Below, one piece after another: positions 26,127 through 36,078 of a DNA stretch of 64,000 bases. Origin of the DNA: an uncultured virus (IMG/VR IMGVR_UViG_3300020122_000176). Its lineage: Duplodnaviria > Heunggongvirae > Uroviricota > Caudoviricetes. Below the pieces are notes generated by a model that made no database searches, was not told the DNA's origin, and was given only the letters and a program-made list of their open reading frames with translations. The position numbers were made by a program, and so were the translations under genes. Location: IMG/VR virus record IMGVR_UViG_3300020122_000176; one strand, given 5' to 3'. How positions within the stretch are numbered: position 1 is the first letter of the stretch; each line of letters begins with the position of its first letter.

Positions 26127-29100
26127 TCAGATCGTGGCCGCGCCGGGGTAGCCACGACCGCGGACGGCGTTGAGTTGGTAAACCTTTACACTGACGGACG
26201 CCTGCGGGCTTCCGAAATCTGTCGTCTGGTCTGCCGCCGTGTAGAGCACGGTGAACGCAGCTGCATCTTGCACCACCGACCCGCCGCCAGAGGCGGTCGC
26301 CGTGATTGTGCGCACCACGCTCGCGCCGCTCATGATGTCGACCTCGGTCGTGATCGGCGTGTCCGTCTCCGGAGGATGCCAGAGCGGCGTGCCGCGGTAG
26401 CGCACGCGGCGGATACCGGTGATCGTCAGGTTGAGTGGGCCGTCGCGCGTGCCCTTGATGTAGAAGGGCGCCCATGGCTTCAGCCTGCGCGTCGTCATAA
26501 CAAGCGTCTGTATCGCGCTGGTGCCGTTGGCAATGGGCGAGTCATTGACCGCTTCCCAGTAGAGCGTCTGGTCGAGCGTCGAGGGTTGGTATGCGACGTC
26601 TTGCACCGACACCTTGTCGAGAAGAACGGTCATTTCAGATGCGCCATGAGTGCCGGTGAAGGACTCCGTGCCGAGCCTGCCGCGCAACAGATCGGAGATT
26701 TGCCAGAGGTTGGAATCTGCGTCGATCAGGACTGCGGTCGCGAACTGGATGATTTCGCCATTCGCCATCCACAGTGCGTTGGTGAAATTGTCGATCAACG
26801 ATGCTTCGGACGCGCTGGCGAACTGTCCGAACATCAAATTTATTTGCAGGCTGTTCGTGCGGTCCCACGTCGTGAATTTTGGCCAGTCTGGAAGTGGCGG
26901 CCCGGTCACGACCTGGCCCATAGTGGCCGGCGTGCCGACAGCTGCAACCGGCGTGAACACGGAATTGTCTGAGGAGTCGAGAATCGTCGCGCCCTGGAAT
27001 GCGCCCTCAAACTCGTCTGGCGTGACAGTCGCGTAAACGCCTGGCTCTTGAAGCTGGCTGGGATCAAGAACCGCCGTGTCGAGCACTGCAAGCAGCGGTG
27101 GAACGATTTGGGCGACCTGTCCAGGCGTGAATGAACCGGTGGTCTGGTCGGTGAGCGCTGGCGGCTGGACCAGTTCATAAACGCCAAGGTCTTCGCTCAC
27201 CGCCTCGATGTCGATCACCAGGCGAGGATTGAGCGTCGCGCGTGTGACACGCACGATATGCCCATAGCTGTTGCGCACCGGACTGATGACGTCGCCCGGC
27301 GTGATGCCGAGATATTCGAGTGGGATGGAGCATTTATCCGTCTGTCGCTCGATCCAGGCAAGGTACAGCACCCGCTTGGCAATGTTTGCCGCTTCGCCAG
27401 GCGTCAGCACGCACGGAACGGTCAGCGTGTTGCGGCCGGACGAATAGTTGGTGATGGGGTCACGAATTTCCGGCGTGCCGCTCTGCTGATAGTCGTGCTG
27501 ATAGTCGTAATAGGTGATCGCCAAGTCGCGCGGAATCTCGCGGTCGTCGTTGCGGTCGATTGTGAGCTTATCGACTATTTGACTGCTGCTGCTCTCGTCG
27601 GTCGCAGCGAGGTCGGCCTCGGGGATTGTCACAGAAAGCGACGATAGCGAACGCAATGTTCCAACGACCTGCGCGCCAATGTCGGTCAGGTCGTAGAAGA
27701 ACGCTGGCTGAATGGATTCGAGAAAGGCTCTTGCCGGCATGCGGTCCATGACGGTGATGCCACGCGGAATCACCGATGCCAGCTGCGAATAGTCGTATTG
27801 TCCAGCGAGCCCGACTCTGTTCGAGACATCTGCGACAATGTCGGCCAGCGTTAGGCCGCCAGGCACCAGCGGAAAATACCAAAACACGGTGCCGGCCAGA
27901 TTTGCGCTGGTGCTGGACTTTGTTGAAACGACAGCTGTGCCTGTTTGGTTTGCGATGGCGGCGAAAAGATTGATGTGCGGCGGGTTAATGCCGCCCGTCG
28001 GGTTGGGCAAATTCCAGGTCGCCATCCAGTCGTATTGAAAGTAGGTGCCGGCGTTTCGATCATAGAGCCCGACTTGATTTATCGTGTGTCCGACGCCGCC
28101 AGTGGCCGCCAAGAACTGTTTGTTCGACCAGCCATTTTGGTCTGGATTTGTGAACTGGGCGCTGCCGTCGTCCGCCAGGTGATTGCCAACGACGGTCAAG
28201 CCGATGGTGTCGAAGTCGATGGCGCGCATATTCCCGGCTGAATTGTCGTAGAGCCACGCCGTGACGCGGTGTGTGTCGGGATTGAAGCTGACGCTGCCAT
28301 AGAATGAGAAGCTGCCATAGGAGTTCAGATTGAAGGACGTCATGGACGACAGCGTGGGCGCACCGCCCCCGGACTGTGCGACTGTCGTGCGCCACAGGCG
28401 CCCCTTGTTGTCGAGATTCCAGATGTGACCGGTATCATCGAATACCGGCACCCAGAGAAACGTGCTTGTCCCGCTTGTGGGGCCGCCTATGGCGCTGGCG
28501 GCGGCCACGTTGCCCGCGCCCGATGTCAGATTGACTCCTTGCAGAATATTGTCGTTCGGAGCCGAGAACTTCCAACTCACGCCGATGATCGTCTTACCGT
28601 CCGGGCTGATGGCATAGGGATAGTTTGGATTGTTGTAGGTCGGCGTTCCCGGCCACGCATAAGACGCGGTCGGAATGTTGCTCATGGTCGTCAGATCGAA
28701 CGAAGTCGGGCCGCCAGCAGGGCCGTTGCCTCGCCACAGGGTGTTCGGGACATTCCAGGCGATGACGCCGACGTTCTCCTGCGAATTGTCGTTGCCAAGA
28801 TTAGCCGCTGAAATGGGTGCGCTTTTACGCAGCACGTTCGCGGACGTCAGTGACACCTCAGCCAATGTAAAGCTGATGATCGCGTTGGTGATCGGTACCG
28901 TCTGCTCGTCGACGAATGCATAAGCTTTGAGCGCGCCGGGCTGCGCGACCATGTCTTCGAATGCCAGACCATTTCCGGGGCTGCTGAGGTCTGTGTAAAA
29001 TGGGATCGGCACGAACAGGTTGACAATCTCGGCCTCGAAATTCGGGATGCGATTGCCAAACTTCGAAATGTTGAGCTGCTCGAAGACGACATATACGAGC

Positions 29101-29825
29101 CCGCGGTAGGCCGACTGGTTGCCCGTGCCAACAATTTCCTCGAGAGCCGAATCAGCCAGCTGGGCTTCGTCGCCGTTGTAGATGCGAAGGATGAACTTGA
29201 ACTGCGCGCCGACTTTGCGCTGCTTCGGGATCTTCTGCGTCTGCCAGACGATTTCGTTGTCTCTGGTCGTGGCTGCGATGGTGTTATTCCACGTCGGCTC
29301 AACCGAGCCGGACGTGCCATCAGTGGTGGCAACAAATTGGCGAAGCCCAGGCGCGCCAGTGCTGCCGACCGGGATGACAATATCGCCGCTAGCGTAGTCG
29401 TGGTTTGCTTGCCACTGCGGCGGAATCGAGAACGGCCGCGGATCGTAAATGACCTGGTTGTCAGCCCAGATGCGCAGGACCGTGCGCGGGCCTTCAGCAA
29501 ACGCAACCGCAATGGTCTGGACGAAGTTGCTCTGTTCCTTCCCAGTCAGACCGCCTGTCAGGATTTTCTTTAGAAGGCTTTTGTTTTTGTGTTCCTGAAC
29601 TTGCGATGCCTGAATGACTTTTCCCGGCACGCGTCCCGAATTGTAAACGATGTCGATCGGCATGCCCCACGAAGACGACTGGCCCTTCACGGTTGGCCGC
29701 TGCTGGTGCGGGCGCAGGAAGAAATACGACAGGCCGGACAGCACCGCCGTACCAATAAGCGCAGTTGTCGACGCGCCTTCGATGGCGCCCAGCACGACGG
29801 GAAGAATGAGCGCTAGGAACGCCAT
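26127..29825 (-). CDS. Central tail fibre/host-specificity protein (GTA megatron-like)
   Basis: AYRGLVYVVFE...FGNRIPNFEAEI, GEIIQF..A, LLRGRLGTE; inserted beta-rich domain. Confidence 0.9.
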   Translation of the reverse strand: MAFLALILPVVLGAIEGASTTALIGTAVLSGLSYFFLRPHQQRPTVKGQSSSWGMPIDIVYNSGRVPGKVIQASQVQEHKNKSLLKKILTGGLTGKEQSNFVQTIAVAFAEGPRTVLRIWADNQVIYDPRPFSIPPQWQANHDYASGDIVIPVGSTGAPGLRQFVATTDGTSGSVEPTWNNTIAATTRDNEIVWQTQKIPKQRKVGAQFKFILRIYNGDEAQLADSALEEIVGTGNQSAYRGLVYVVFEQLNISKFGNRIPNFEAEIVNLFVPIPFYTDLSSPGNGLAFEDMVAQPGALKAYAFVDEQTVPITNAIISFTLAEVSLTSANVLRKSAPISAANLGNDNSQENVGVIAWNVPNTLWRGNGPAGGPTSFDLTTMSNIPTASYAWPGTPTYNNPNYPYAISPDGKTIIGVSWKFSAPNDNILQGVNLTSGAGNVAAASAIGGPTSGTSTFLWVPVFDDTGHIWNLDNKGRLWRTTVAQSGGGAPTLSSMTSFNLNSYGSFSFYGSVSFNPDTHRVTAWLYDNSAGNMRAIDFDTIGLTVVGNHLADDGSAQFTNPDQNGWSNKQFLAATGGVGHTINQVGLYDRNAGTYFQYDWMATWNLPNPTGGINPPHINLFAAIANQTGTAVVSTKSSTSANLAGTVFWYFPLVPGGLTLADIVADVSNRVGLAGQYDYSQLASVIPRGITVMDRMPARAFLESIQPAFFYDLTDIGAQVVGTLRSLSSLSVTIPEADLAATDESSSSQIVDKLTIDRNDDREIPRDLAITYYDYQHDYQQSGTPEIRDPITNYSSGRNTLTVPCVLTPGEAANIAKRVLYLAWIERQTDKCSIPLEYLGITPGDVISPVRNSYGHIVRVTRATLNPRLVIDIEAVSEDLGVYELVQPPALTDQTTGSFTPGQVAQIVPPLLAVLDTAVLDPSQLQEPGVYATVTPDEFEGAFQGATILDSSDNSVFTPVAAVGTPATMGQVVTGPPLPDWPKFTTWDRTNSLQINLMFGQFASASEASLIDNFTNALWMANGEIIQFATAVLIDADSNLWQISDLLRGRLGTESFTGTHGASEMTVLLDKVSVQDVAYQPSTLDQTLYWEAVNDSPIANGTSAIQTLVMTTRRLKPWAPFYIKGTRDGPLNLTITGIRRVRYRGTPLWHPPETDTPITTEVDIMSGASVVRTITATASGGGSVVQDAAAFTVLYTAADQTTDFGSPQASVSVKVYQLNAVRGRGYPGAATI

Positions 29826-30226
29826 CTATAAACGCCCTTCATTGGAGCGCGCGATGGATCGAAGCGCGCCTCGACGGCTTCTTCGCCAAGCGGACAGTGG
29901 ACCGCATTGAACGGGTTGCCGTCCACGATCATCGCCACGTGAGTTTCTTGCGCGGCGCCATAAACGACGACATCGCCGACATCAAAGCTGCCGTCCGTGA
30001 CCGGATCGCAATGGCGACGCAGCAAGCGAACCATTCTGACGGAGTCTATTCCCTGGTAGTCCGGCACGCCTTCGTCGACGGTCAGTCCGCCGCCGCGAAA
30101 ACCCATGACGATGACACCAATGCAGTCAATGCCCTTGTGGCTTCGGCCCTGGCCGACCCAGCGCACGCCCACATAGGAGCGCACAGATGCGGCGACGGCG
30201 ACCTTCTGCTCTTGGGTGAGGCTCAT
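29813..30226 (-). CDS. NlpC/P60 tail peptidase
   Basis: GQGRSHKGIDCIG, HVAM, VH. Confidence 0.88.
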   Translation of the reverse strand: MSLTQEQKVAVAASVRSYVGVRWVGQGRSHKGIDCIGVIVMGFRGGGLTVDEGVPDYQGIDSVRMVRLLRRHCDPVTDGSFDVGDVVVYGAAQETHVAMIVDGNPFNAVHCPLGEEAVEARFDPSRAPMKGVYRWRS

Positions 30227-31128
30227 AAGAAACCGCCTCCGCTGGTGTTGACCCTGAAGACTTGGTCAGTGCCTGGCACGTAGTCCTCGGCGCGGCGGTT
30301 GACGATTTGATTCCAGTTGTCGCGGCAGATCGGCAGCGTGCGGTCGCAGCCGGGCTGAAGCGTGAAAGCATCGCCAACCTGAATGTCCTGGGCGAACGGT
30401 TCGTTCAGCACGAAGTTCACGCCTCCGGTCTGCGTGGCGATCTCCTTGGATAGGCCGACATTGTTGCCGCTGGTGAATGAGATCGTGCCGAAGGCGTAGA
30501 AGCCGCCGCCCTTAGTGCCTCCCGTTCCATCTGCTGGCATGCCGCCGATCGCGTTGATAGCGAACGTCTTGCGGTCGGTCACGCTTGCGACCGTGCCAGC
30601 GCGTATCTGGCCAGCGATGTTGGCGGCGCATCCAGCTTCTAAACCGGAGCCGCCACCCGCGAAGGTCACGACGCGACATCGTGGCGAGATAAGCGAGCAA
30701 ATGTATTGCGAGAACGCTTGGCTCGGGCTTCGGATTTCCGCTTGGAAACTGATGTCGCCAATGCTGACCTTGCCAAGCGTGCCCTGCATCAGGATGACGA
30801 ACTGCGTCGGGTCTGCCCAGTTCGCCAGAATGATTGTGACCACCGCGCCGTCATAGCGTCCCGAGAGCAGATCAATTTCGGAGATGCGGCTGGAGTTGAG
30901 AAGGCCAAGTACTTCGAGGTTGGAAACGGCCAAGCCAAGCTGCTCTTGTATCGCAGTCGCTGATAACGATGTGGACGCCTCGTAGTTAACTCCGGCAACG
31001 GTCACTGGGGCATCGTGATCGGTGAACCCGTAAACGACGGCATCGGGCCTCGCGACCTTCCAGCAAAGGCATGTCGTCGTGACCCTGCTGGAGAGATGTG
31101 CCTGCAACGGAGCCGGGATATTACGCAC
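30223..31128 (-). CDS. Baseplate hub protein (DUF2163/BR0599-like)
   Basis: CWKVARPD...GFTDHD, GRYDGA, PGCDRT...C. Confidence 0.9.
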   Translation of the reverse strand: MRNIPAPLQAHLSSRVTTTCLCWKVARPDAVVYGFTDHDAPVTVAGVNYEASTSLSATAIQEQLGLAVSNLEVLGLLNSSRISEIDLLSGRYDGAVVTIILANWADPTQFVILMQGTLGKVSIGDISFQAEIRSPSQAFSQYICSLISPRCRVVTFAGGGSGLEAGCAANIAGQIRAGTVASVTDRKTFAINAIGGMPADGTGGTKGGGFYAFGTISFTSGNNVGLSKEIATQTGGVNFVLNEPFAQDIQVGDAFTLQPGCDRTLPICRDNWNQIVNRRAEDYVPGTDQVFRVNTSGGGFL

Positions 31129-31756
31129 TGAAAAGCTCCCTGAGCATGATGCTCGGATAATTTCCGGCGTTGGCTTCCTTCATGTTGATGGTGAGCTTGT
31201 CGCTGTCGAAGCGCACAGGCGTGTCGAATTCGTATCCAGCCGTCACAGTCGCACCAGCGCCTGGCGGGCTGGACGTGAAGCTGACGATGCCGGTGGTGGT
31301 GTCGACGGTGAAGTTTCCGAACTGTTCTGTGCCATTGACGGCGATGCGAGTCGTGCCGGCCACTGGCTTCAAGATCGTGCGCGTCCAGAACGACGATCCC
31401 GACTGATATTTTTTCACCAACTGAAACGCGAGGGGTGTGACCGAGCCGGTGCCGATGTTTTGGTCGATGGGACTGGGCGTGCTGTCTGGACCGCACGACT
31501 TGTAATCTGTCCAGTCCTTGAAGCGAAAGCCGATCAGTTGCGCGTTGCGGGCCTCAAAAAACGCGATGACGGTGTGCAGATCGTTCATGCTGCGCAAGCC
31601 ATAGCCGATGTCGTATTCGCGCCGGCTGTTGAGCCAGCGAGCATTCCTCGCTTCGGCGCCGGAGCCCATGATGACGATCTGGGTCTGGCGCGTCGGGCCG
31701 CCAGATGATCCAAACGATATTTCGACCGGAAACCGGACTTCGTCGAACGTGCTCAT
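31121..31756 (-). CDS. Distal tail protein (DUF2460/TIGR02217)
   Basis: FDEVRFP...GGP, FFEAR..GFRFKDWTD, FDTPVRFDSD. Confidence 0.92.
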   Translation of the reverse strand: MSTFDEVRFPVEISFGSSGGPTRQTQIVIMGSGAEARNARWLNSRREYDIGYGLRSMNDLHTVIAFFEARNAQLIGFRFKDWTDYKSCGPDSTPSPIDQNIGTGSVTPLAFQLVKKYQSGSSFWTRTILKPVAGTTRIAVNGTEQFGNFTVDTTTGIVSFTSSPPGAGATVTAGYEFDTPVRFDSDKLTINMKEANAGNYPSIMLRELFSA

Positions 31757-34700
31757 AGGTTACGCTCACCACTGCGCGACATGCGCGCCACGCGCGCCTC
31801 GGCCTGTCCGACCGAGCGCAGCACCGAGGCGCCATCCGTTGGGCCGTAAAAGTTCCAGTGGTGCGTATCCCCGCCCGCCACGCGCGCATTGTCATTGACG
31901 GAGCGCCGCTTGAGATTGCTGTTCGGCACGACATAGCCGGACTGGTTCGGCACGAAGATTTCCATGCCGCGTTCGCCCACCAGGTAGGACTGGCCAGCGT
32001 ACGCCGGTCCACCGGTCGCAAGGCCGAGAAAGCCGAGCGCGTCCGTCAGCCATGATCCGATTGTGCTGAGGAAGCCACCGCTGTCGGCCGACGAGGCAAG
32101 CGGCGGCACGCCGAAGCCTTGCCCCGGTCCGGCGCTCGACAAGCCTGACAGGATACCAGTGCCCTGCTGTGCGCTCGGGAAAAGGCTGTTGAGAATTCCC
32201 GGGATCCCGCCGCCACTGGGCGCAGCGCTGCCTCCAGGCGCGCCACCAGCGTTGACCACGTACGCGTACAGAGGTTTCGCAGGCGTCGCACCGGGCTGCG
32301 CAATGCCACCGAGCAGGTTGCCGAAGATCCCGGTAAGCTGCTTATTGAGCGGCTCGATCACTGTGTTCTTCAGCACAGTGCCGTACACGTTGGAGAGCAT
32401 CTCCTTCAGCATGTTGCCGAAGCTGGTCTTATAGTTGAGGAATTGATCGAGCGGACCAGTGATGCCGGATGCCAGATCGCTCGCCTCTTTCAAGTTCTTT
32501 TGGTAGGCATCGTTGAGGTCGGACGCAGCGACGGCGGCATCCATCATGGACTCGACCAGAGCGCGGTTCTTCTCGGCATAGACATCCGTTGTCCGACTGA
32601 GTTCTTCGACTGCGGCTTGCGCGGCCTCGAGCCTGCGAAGATCGTCTTGCGTGCCGCCCTGCGCCAGAAGTCCTGCGCGCTGCTGCGTGGTGTTTATGTC
32701 AGTCTGAAGCCGGAACAGTTGCGACGCTGCCGCTCGCTGGGCAGCCGCGTCCAGCTTGGCGATGTTATTCGCGAGCGCCTTGTTGAAATGGTCGCCCGCC
32801 TCCGCCAGTGCATTGACCTGATCCGGCCCGGGCGCCATTGCGTTCGCAGCGGCAAATTCCGGCGCTGTTTCAGCCGTCGCGGCGGCACGCGCACCCGCGA
32901 TTGCTTGCGCGATCGGACTTCCACCGGCGGCGGCCTCCGCGCGCAACGCGGCGACAGCCAGAGCTTCTTTTGCGATGCGCTCCGACTCAGCCGCCGAAAG
33001 TGTCGCGAAGGACTTGGCCAGAATCGCGTTGGTCGCAGCCATTTCCATGCTTGCGGCGATTTCTTTCTTGACCACCATCACATGCGCTTCGCCAGCGGCC
33101 TTGGCACGATCTCCAGCGGCCACGCTTTCGTCGAAAGCCTTTGCCACGGTTTCAGCGGCGCTCGCTTCAGCCAGAAGATCCTTGATGCGCTGATCGAGGC
33201 GCTGGCCGGCCTTGATGTCGCCCGCGGCTGCGCCCTGCATCTGGGCACGGAAAATAGCTTGCGCATCGGCCGGCAGCATCGTGCCGCTGGCCAGGTTACG
33301 TTCCAGCGTGCGCTGGGCTGCGAGTTGGGCGGCAACAGTCGCCTGATGCTCTGGCGCCGCGCGCGCGACTCTCAGTCGATCTGCCGCCTCCTCTTGGGCA
33401 ATCTGGACCGCCGTGCGCTGGACGCCAGGCTTTAGCGCGCCTTCGAGCGCAGTTTTCTCTTTCCTGATTCCGTCGATGTATTCGTTGTGGACGCCCTTGT
33501 TCTCTGCGAGCGCCTTGTTGGCCTTCGCCAAGCGATCGGTGAGGTCGCGCACGTGAGCGTTGAACTGATCTGCGCCCCTTGCGGCATCCGGGTACGCATC
33601 GAAGATCGCCCTCGCCTGCTGCCCCGACTTGGCGCGCGTGGCTTCCTCAGCAATCTGTCTCTGGAGTTCGGCAATGCGCGCAGCGCGACTGGCAGTGTCG
33701 TATTCCGGAATGACGCCGTAGCTGTACTTTTGACCGCCGCCCTGCAGGAATTTCAGTTCTTCCTGCGGCGTCAGCCCCATGCCGAGGACTTTCTTGCCGA
33801 GGAAGTCGAGAAAGCCGCCGACGCCGCCCTCGGCCTTCGCCAGCATGATGGCAAAATAGTTGGCCTGGTTTGCTGCTTCGCGCGTGCGGTCCGAGAATGC
33901 TTGCAGGATCAGATCGCCGGCCTTCTCGTACTCGCCCTGCTCCTGGAGCCTGCGCACCTGCTCGGTCTGCGCAAAGGTCAGCAGGTTCATCTCGCGGTCG
34001 AGTTGCTGTGCCGACTTCGTCGGGTCGGCGAACATGTCCGAGATGATCTTGACCGCGTCCTTCTCAGAAACGCCAGCGCCAAGCTCGTACTGCGTTGCCG
34101 CGATGCCAGCGCGCGCAATCGAAGCGCCTGGCACCAAGTTTCCAGCAAGCTGGCCGACCAAGCCGCGACCGCCCAGCTGGGAGTATGTGCCGCCGCTACC
34201 CGCAGAGATGCTGGCCGCGATCTGACCAGCTTGGCTGGCGGTAATGCCGGACGCGTAGCCCGTGATGGCCAGCGCGCTTCTGATTCGTGCCAGTGCCTGT
34301 TCGGTTTGATAGGCGGCAACGCCGAAAGCAACTGGGATCGTGAGAACAGCGGCACCGAGCGCCAGAGTGCCTGCAGTCAGTCCGCCAAAATGGGCAGCGA
34401 TCACCGCGGCGGTGATCGGCAGGCGCGAGAATTGGCCGGTGGCGATCTCTCTGGCGGCTGCGCTCAGGTGCCACAGTTCGCGCTGCGTCAGCCTGATGCC
34501 TTCGCTGGCCGTCAGCATGCTGGCGGGCGCGACCTTGGCGATGTCCCTAAAGAGCGCCGTCATTGCGGCACCGGCGCCGCTCGACGCGATCAGGTTGCGC
34601 CTGGCTTCCTCGGCTTTGAGCGACACGCCGCCGAGTGCGCGTTCCAGTTCACTGGCACCGGAAGCTGTAGCCTTGAAGGCTTTCTGGCCGCCAAGGTCGC

Positions 34701-34848
34701 CCATGCCGAGCGCGACGTTCTTCCACTTGTCGGAAATGCGCGCCGCCGACCTGTCGGTCATCGCCTCGGCTTGGCCGAGCGTTGCGTTATAAGGTCCGAG
34801 ATCGCCGTCGAGCGCGAAGATCAGTCTGTCAATTGGTGTGTCTGACAC
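31753..34848 (-). CDS. Tape measure protein
   Basis: 1031 aa, Ala-rich; C-terminal ATGGP...YLVGERGMEIFVP. Confidence 0.92.
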   Translation of the reverse strand: MSDTPIDRLIFALDGDLGPYNATLGQAEAMTDRSAARISDKWKNVALGMGDLGGQKAFKATASGASELERALGGVSLKAEEARRNLIASSGAGAAMTALFRDIAKVAPASMLTASEGIRLTQRELWHLSAAAREIATGQFSRLPITAAVIAAHFGGLTAGTLALGAAVLTIPVAFGVAAYQTEQALARIRSALAITGYASGITASQAGQIAASISAGSGGTYSQLGGRGLVGQLAGNLVPGASIARAGIAATQYELGAGVSEKDAVKIISDMFADPTKSAQQLDREMNLLTFAQTEQVRRLQEQGEYEKAGDLILQAFSDRTREAANQANYFAIMLAKAEGGVGGFLDFLGKKVLGMGLTPQEELKFLQGGGQKYSYGVIPEYDTASRAARIAELQRQIAEEATRAKSGQQARAIFDAYPDAARGADQFNAHVRDLTDRLAKANKALAENKGVHNEYIDGIRKEKTALEGALKPGVQRTAVQIAQEEAADRLRVARAAPEHQATVAAQLAAQRTLERNLASGTMLPADAQAIFRAQMQGAAAGDIKAGQRLDQRIKDLLAEASAAETVAKAFDESVAAGDRAKAAGEAHVMVVKKEIAASMEMAATNAILAKSFATLSAAESERIAKEALAVAALRAEAAAGGSPIAQAIAGARAAATAETAPEFAAANAMAPGPDQVNALAEAGDHFNKALANNIAKLDAAAQRAAASQLFRLQTDINTTQQRAGLLAQGGTQDDLRRLEAAQAAVEELSRTTDVYAEKNRALVESMMDAAVAASDLNDAYQKNLKEASDLASGITGPLDQFLNYKTSFGNMLKEMLSNVYGTVLKNTVIEPLNKQLTGIFGNLLGGIAQPGATPAKPLYAYVVNAGGAPGGSAAPSGGGIPGILNSLFPSAQQGTGILSGLSSAGPGQGFGVPPLASSADSGGFLSTIGSWLTDALGFLGLATGGPAYAGQSYLVGERGMEIFVPNQSGYVVPNSNLKRRSVNDNARVAGGDTHHWNFYGPTDGASVLRSVGQAEARVARMSRSGERNL

Positions 34849-35122
34849 GACGATGCTCCCTCTTGCCGGTCTTGCTCAGCCGCACATCGGGATACTTAGC
34901 CTTAGCGAGGTCCATCTGTCGCTTGAATTCTTCCAGACTGTGATCGCTGAAACCGTTGCCGCGGTTCGCGTAGCGCCCGAGTTCGTGACGCTTGCAGTGG
35001 CCGACATAGGCGTTGGACAACTCGAGGAGCGTCGCGTTCCAGAACGCGTCTGGCGTCCAGTGCAGCCACCCCAGCGCGATCTCCTGCCACGTCCCGATGT
35101 CTAGGAGGGGCGGCTTTGCTAA
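34829..35122 (-). CDS. Tail assembly chaperone, -1 frame extension (T-like)
   Basis: ALGWLHWTPDAFWNATLLEL; no good start codon; frame opens at the end of the upstream chaperone. Confidence 0.7.
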   Translation of the reverse strand, partial: LAKPPLLDIGTWQEIALGWLHWTPDAFWNATLLELSNAYVGHCKRHELGRYANRGNGFSDHSLEEFKRQMDLAKAKYPDVRLSKTGKREHRRVRHTN

Positions 35123-35544
35123 GGGTCCGTGCTCGCTGTCGCCTGCGTGGCCTCCTTCTCGTGTTCCTTGTTGCCGCGCTGGGCGCGAACGAGAAACATC
35201 CCGACTGGGTCAAGGAGTTGCAGATAGCCGTCTTCCATCAGGATGTCGCCAACGGCCTGGGGACTTTCCGGCGCACCCTTCTTACCGCGCAACATCCAGA
35301 AGATCGCGGTGGCCAACTCACTCATCTTGATTTCCGAAGCGTTTGGCGGGCGCTCCGCGACTTTAACGCCGGCGAGCAGCGCGCGCATGCCGAGCATGCG
35401 GGCTGGCTGGTCGGTGGCGGCCTCGATGTTTGCGATGATCTCGAATGTGGGCCGCACGGAGAACGTGCTGCCATTTAGCTTGATCTCGACTTCCTGGCGT
35501 GCGGATTCGACCTTCGACTTCGCGTCTGCAACAGCGTCAGTCAC
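35119..35544 (-). CDS. Tail assembly chaperone (G-like)
   Basis: Between the tail tube gene and TMP; RPTFEIIANIE. Confidence 0.8.
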   Translation of the reverse strand: MTDAVADAKSKVESARQEVEIKLNGSTFSVRPTFEIIANIEAATDQPARMLGMRALLAGVKVAERPPNASEIKMSELATAIFWMLRGKKGAPESPQAVGDILMEDGYLQLLDPVGMFLVRAQRGNKEHEKEATQATASTDP

Positions 35545-35987
35545 TAGCTGGCGCTCCAGATCACCGGACCGCTCGACTTCATGGTGATGTCGAAGGTTTC
35601 GGCCTCGGTATGGGTGCCCGCGCGCTTGAAGGTCGAGCAGGACCATGTGCCGGTGAACTTGTCGCCAGAGCCCGAGATGACCTCAGCCTCCAGGAACGTG
35701 CCGCCAGCAAGCGCCGACAGGAAGACACGACGAAGCGGACCGGTTGCGGACGCATCGAAAATGCCAGAGCCGCTGATGTCGACCGACTTGATGCCGCCGT
35801 CGGGTAGCATTTCCTGCCAGCCGTTCGATCCCTTGTTGGAGATGTCGACCGGGTTGCCGTTGATGGTGACGTCGTTTGTGCGAAGGCCCGCCACGGTCTG
35901 GAAGGTCGTGGGGCTCGTGCCATCGCTGATTTTGAGAAGGAATAGCCTGCCTGGTTCTGCTTGAATGGACGGCGTATTCGTACCCAT
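35544..35987 (-). CDS. Major tail tube protein (TP901-1/GTA family)
   Basis: GRLFLLKI...VAGLR...VDISNKGS.GWQEML..GGIKS..ISGSGIF. Confidence 0.92.
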   Translation of the reverse strand: MGTNTPSIQAEPGRLFLLKISDGTSPTTFQTVAGLRTNDVTINGNPVDISNKGSNGWQEMLPDGGIKSVDISGSGIFDASATGPLRRVFLSALAGGTFLEAEVISGSGDKFTGTWSCSTFKRAGTHTEAETFDITMKSSGPVIWSAS

Positions 35988-36078
35988 GCGCGCAACTCCT
36001 TCGAGGGGCTTTAGCGTCTCACGACGCGACGTGCGAAGCAGTCATATACCGGAATGTCGGGACAAGCGAAAGCGACGC

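Noticed and set aside
33487..34845. 452-aa plus-strand ORF, and similar ones at 52824-54092 and 54017-55243
   Set aside because: Antisense to TMP, capsid and scaffold genes; expected in GC-rich DNA
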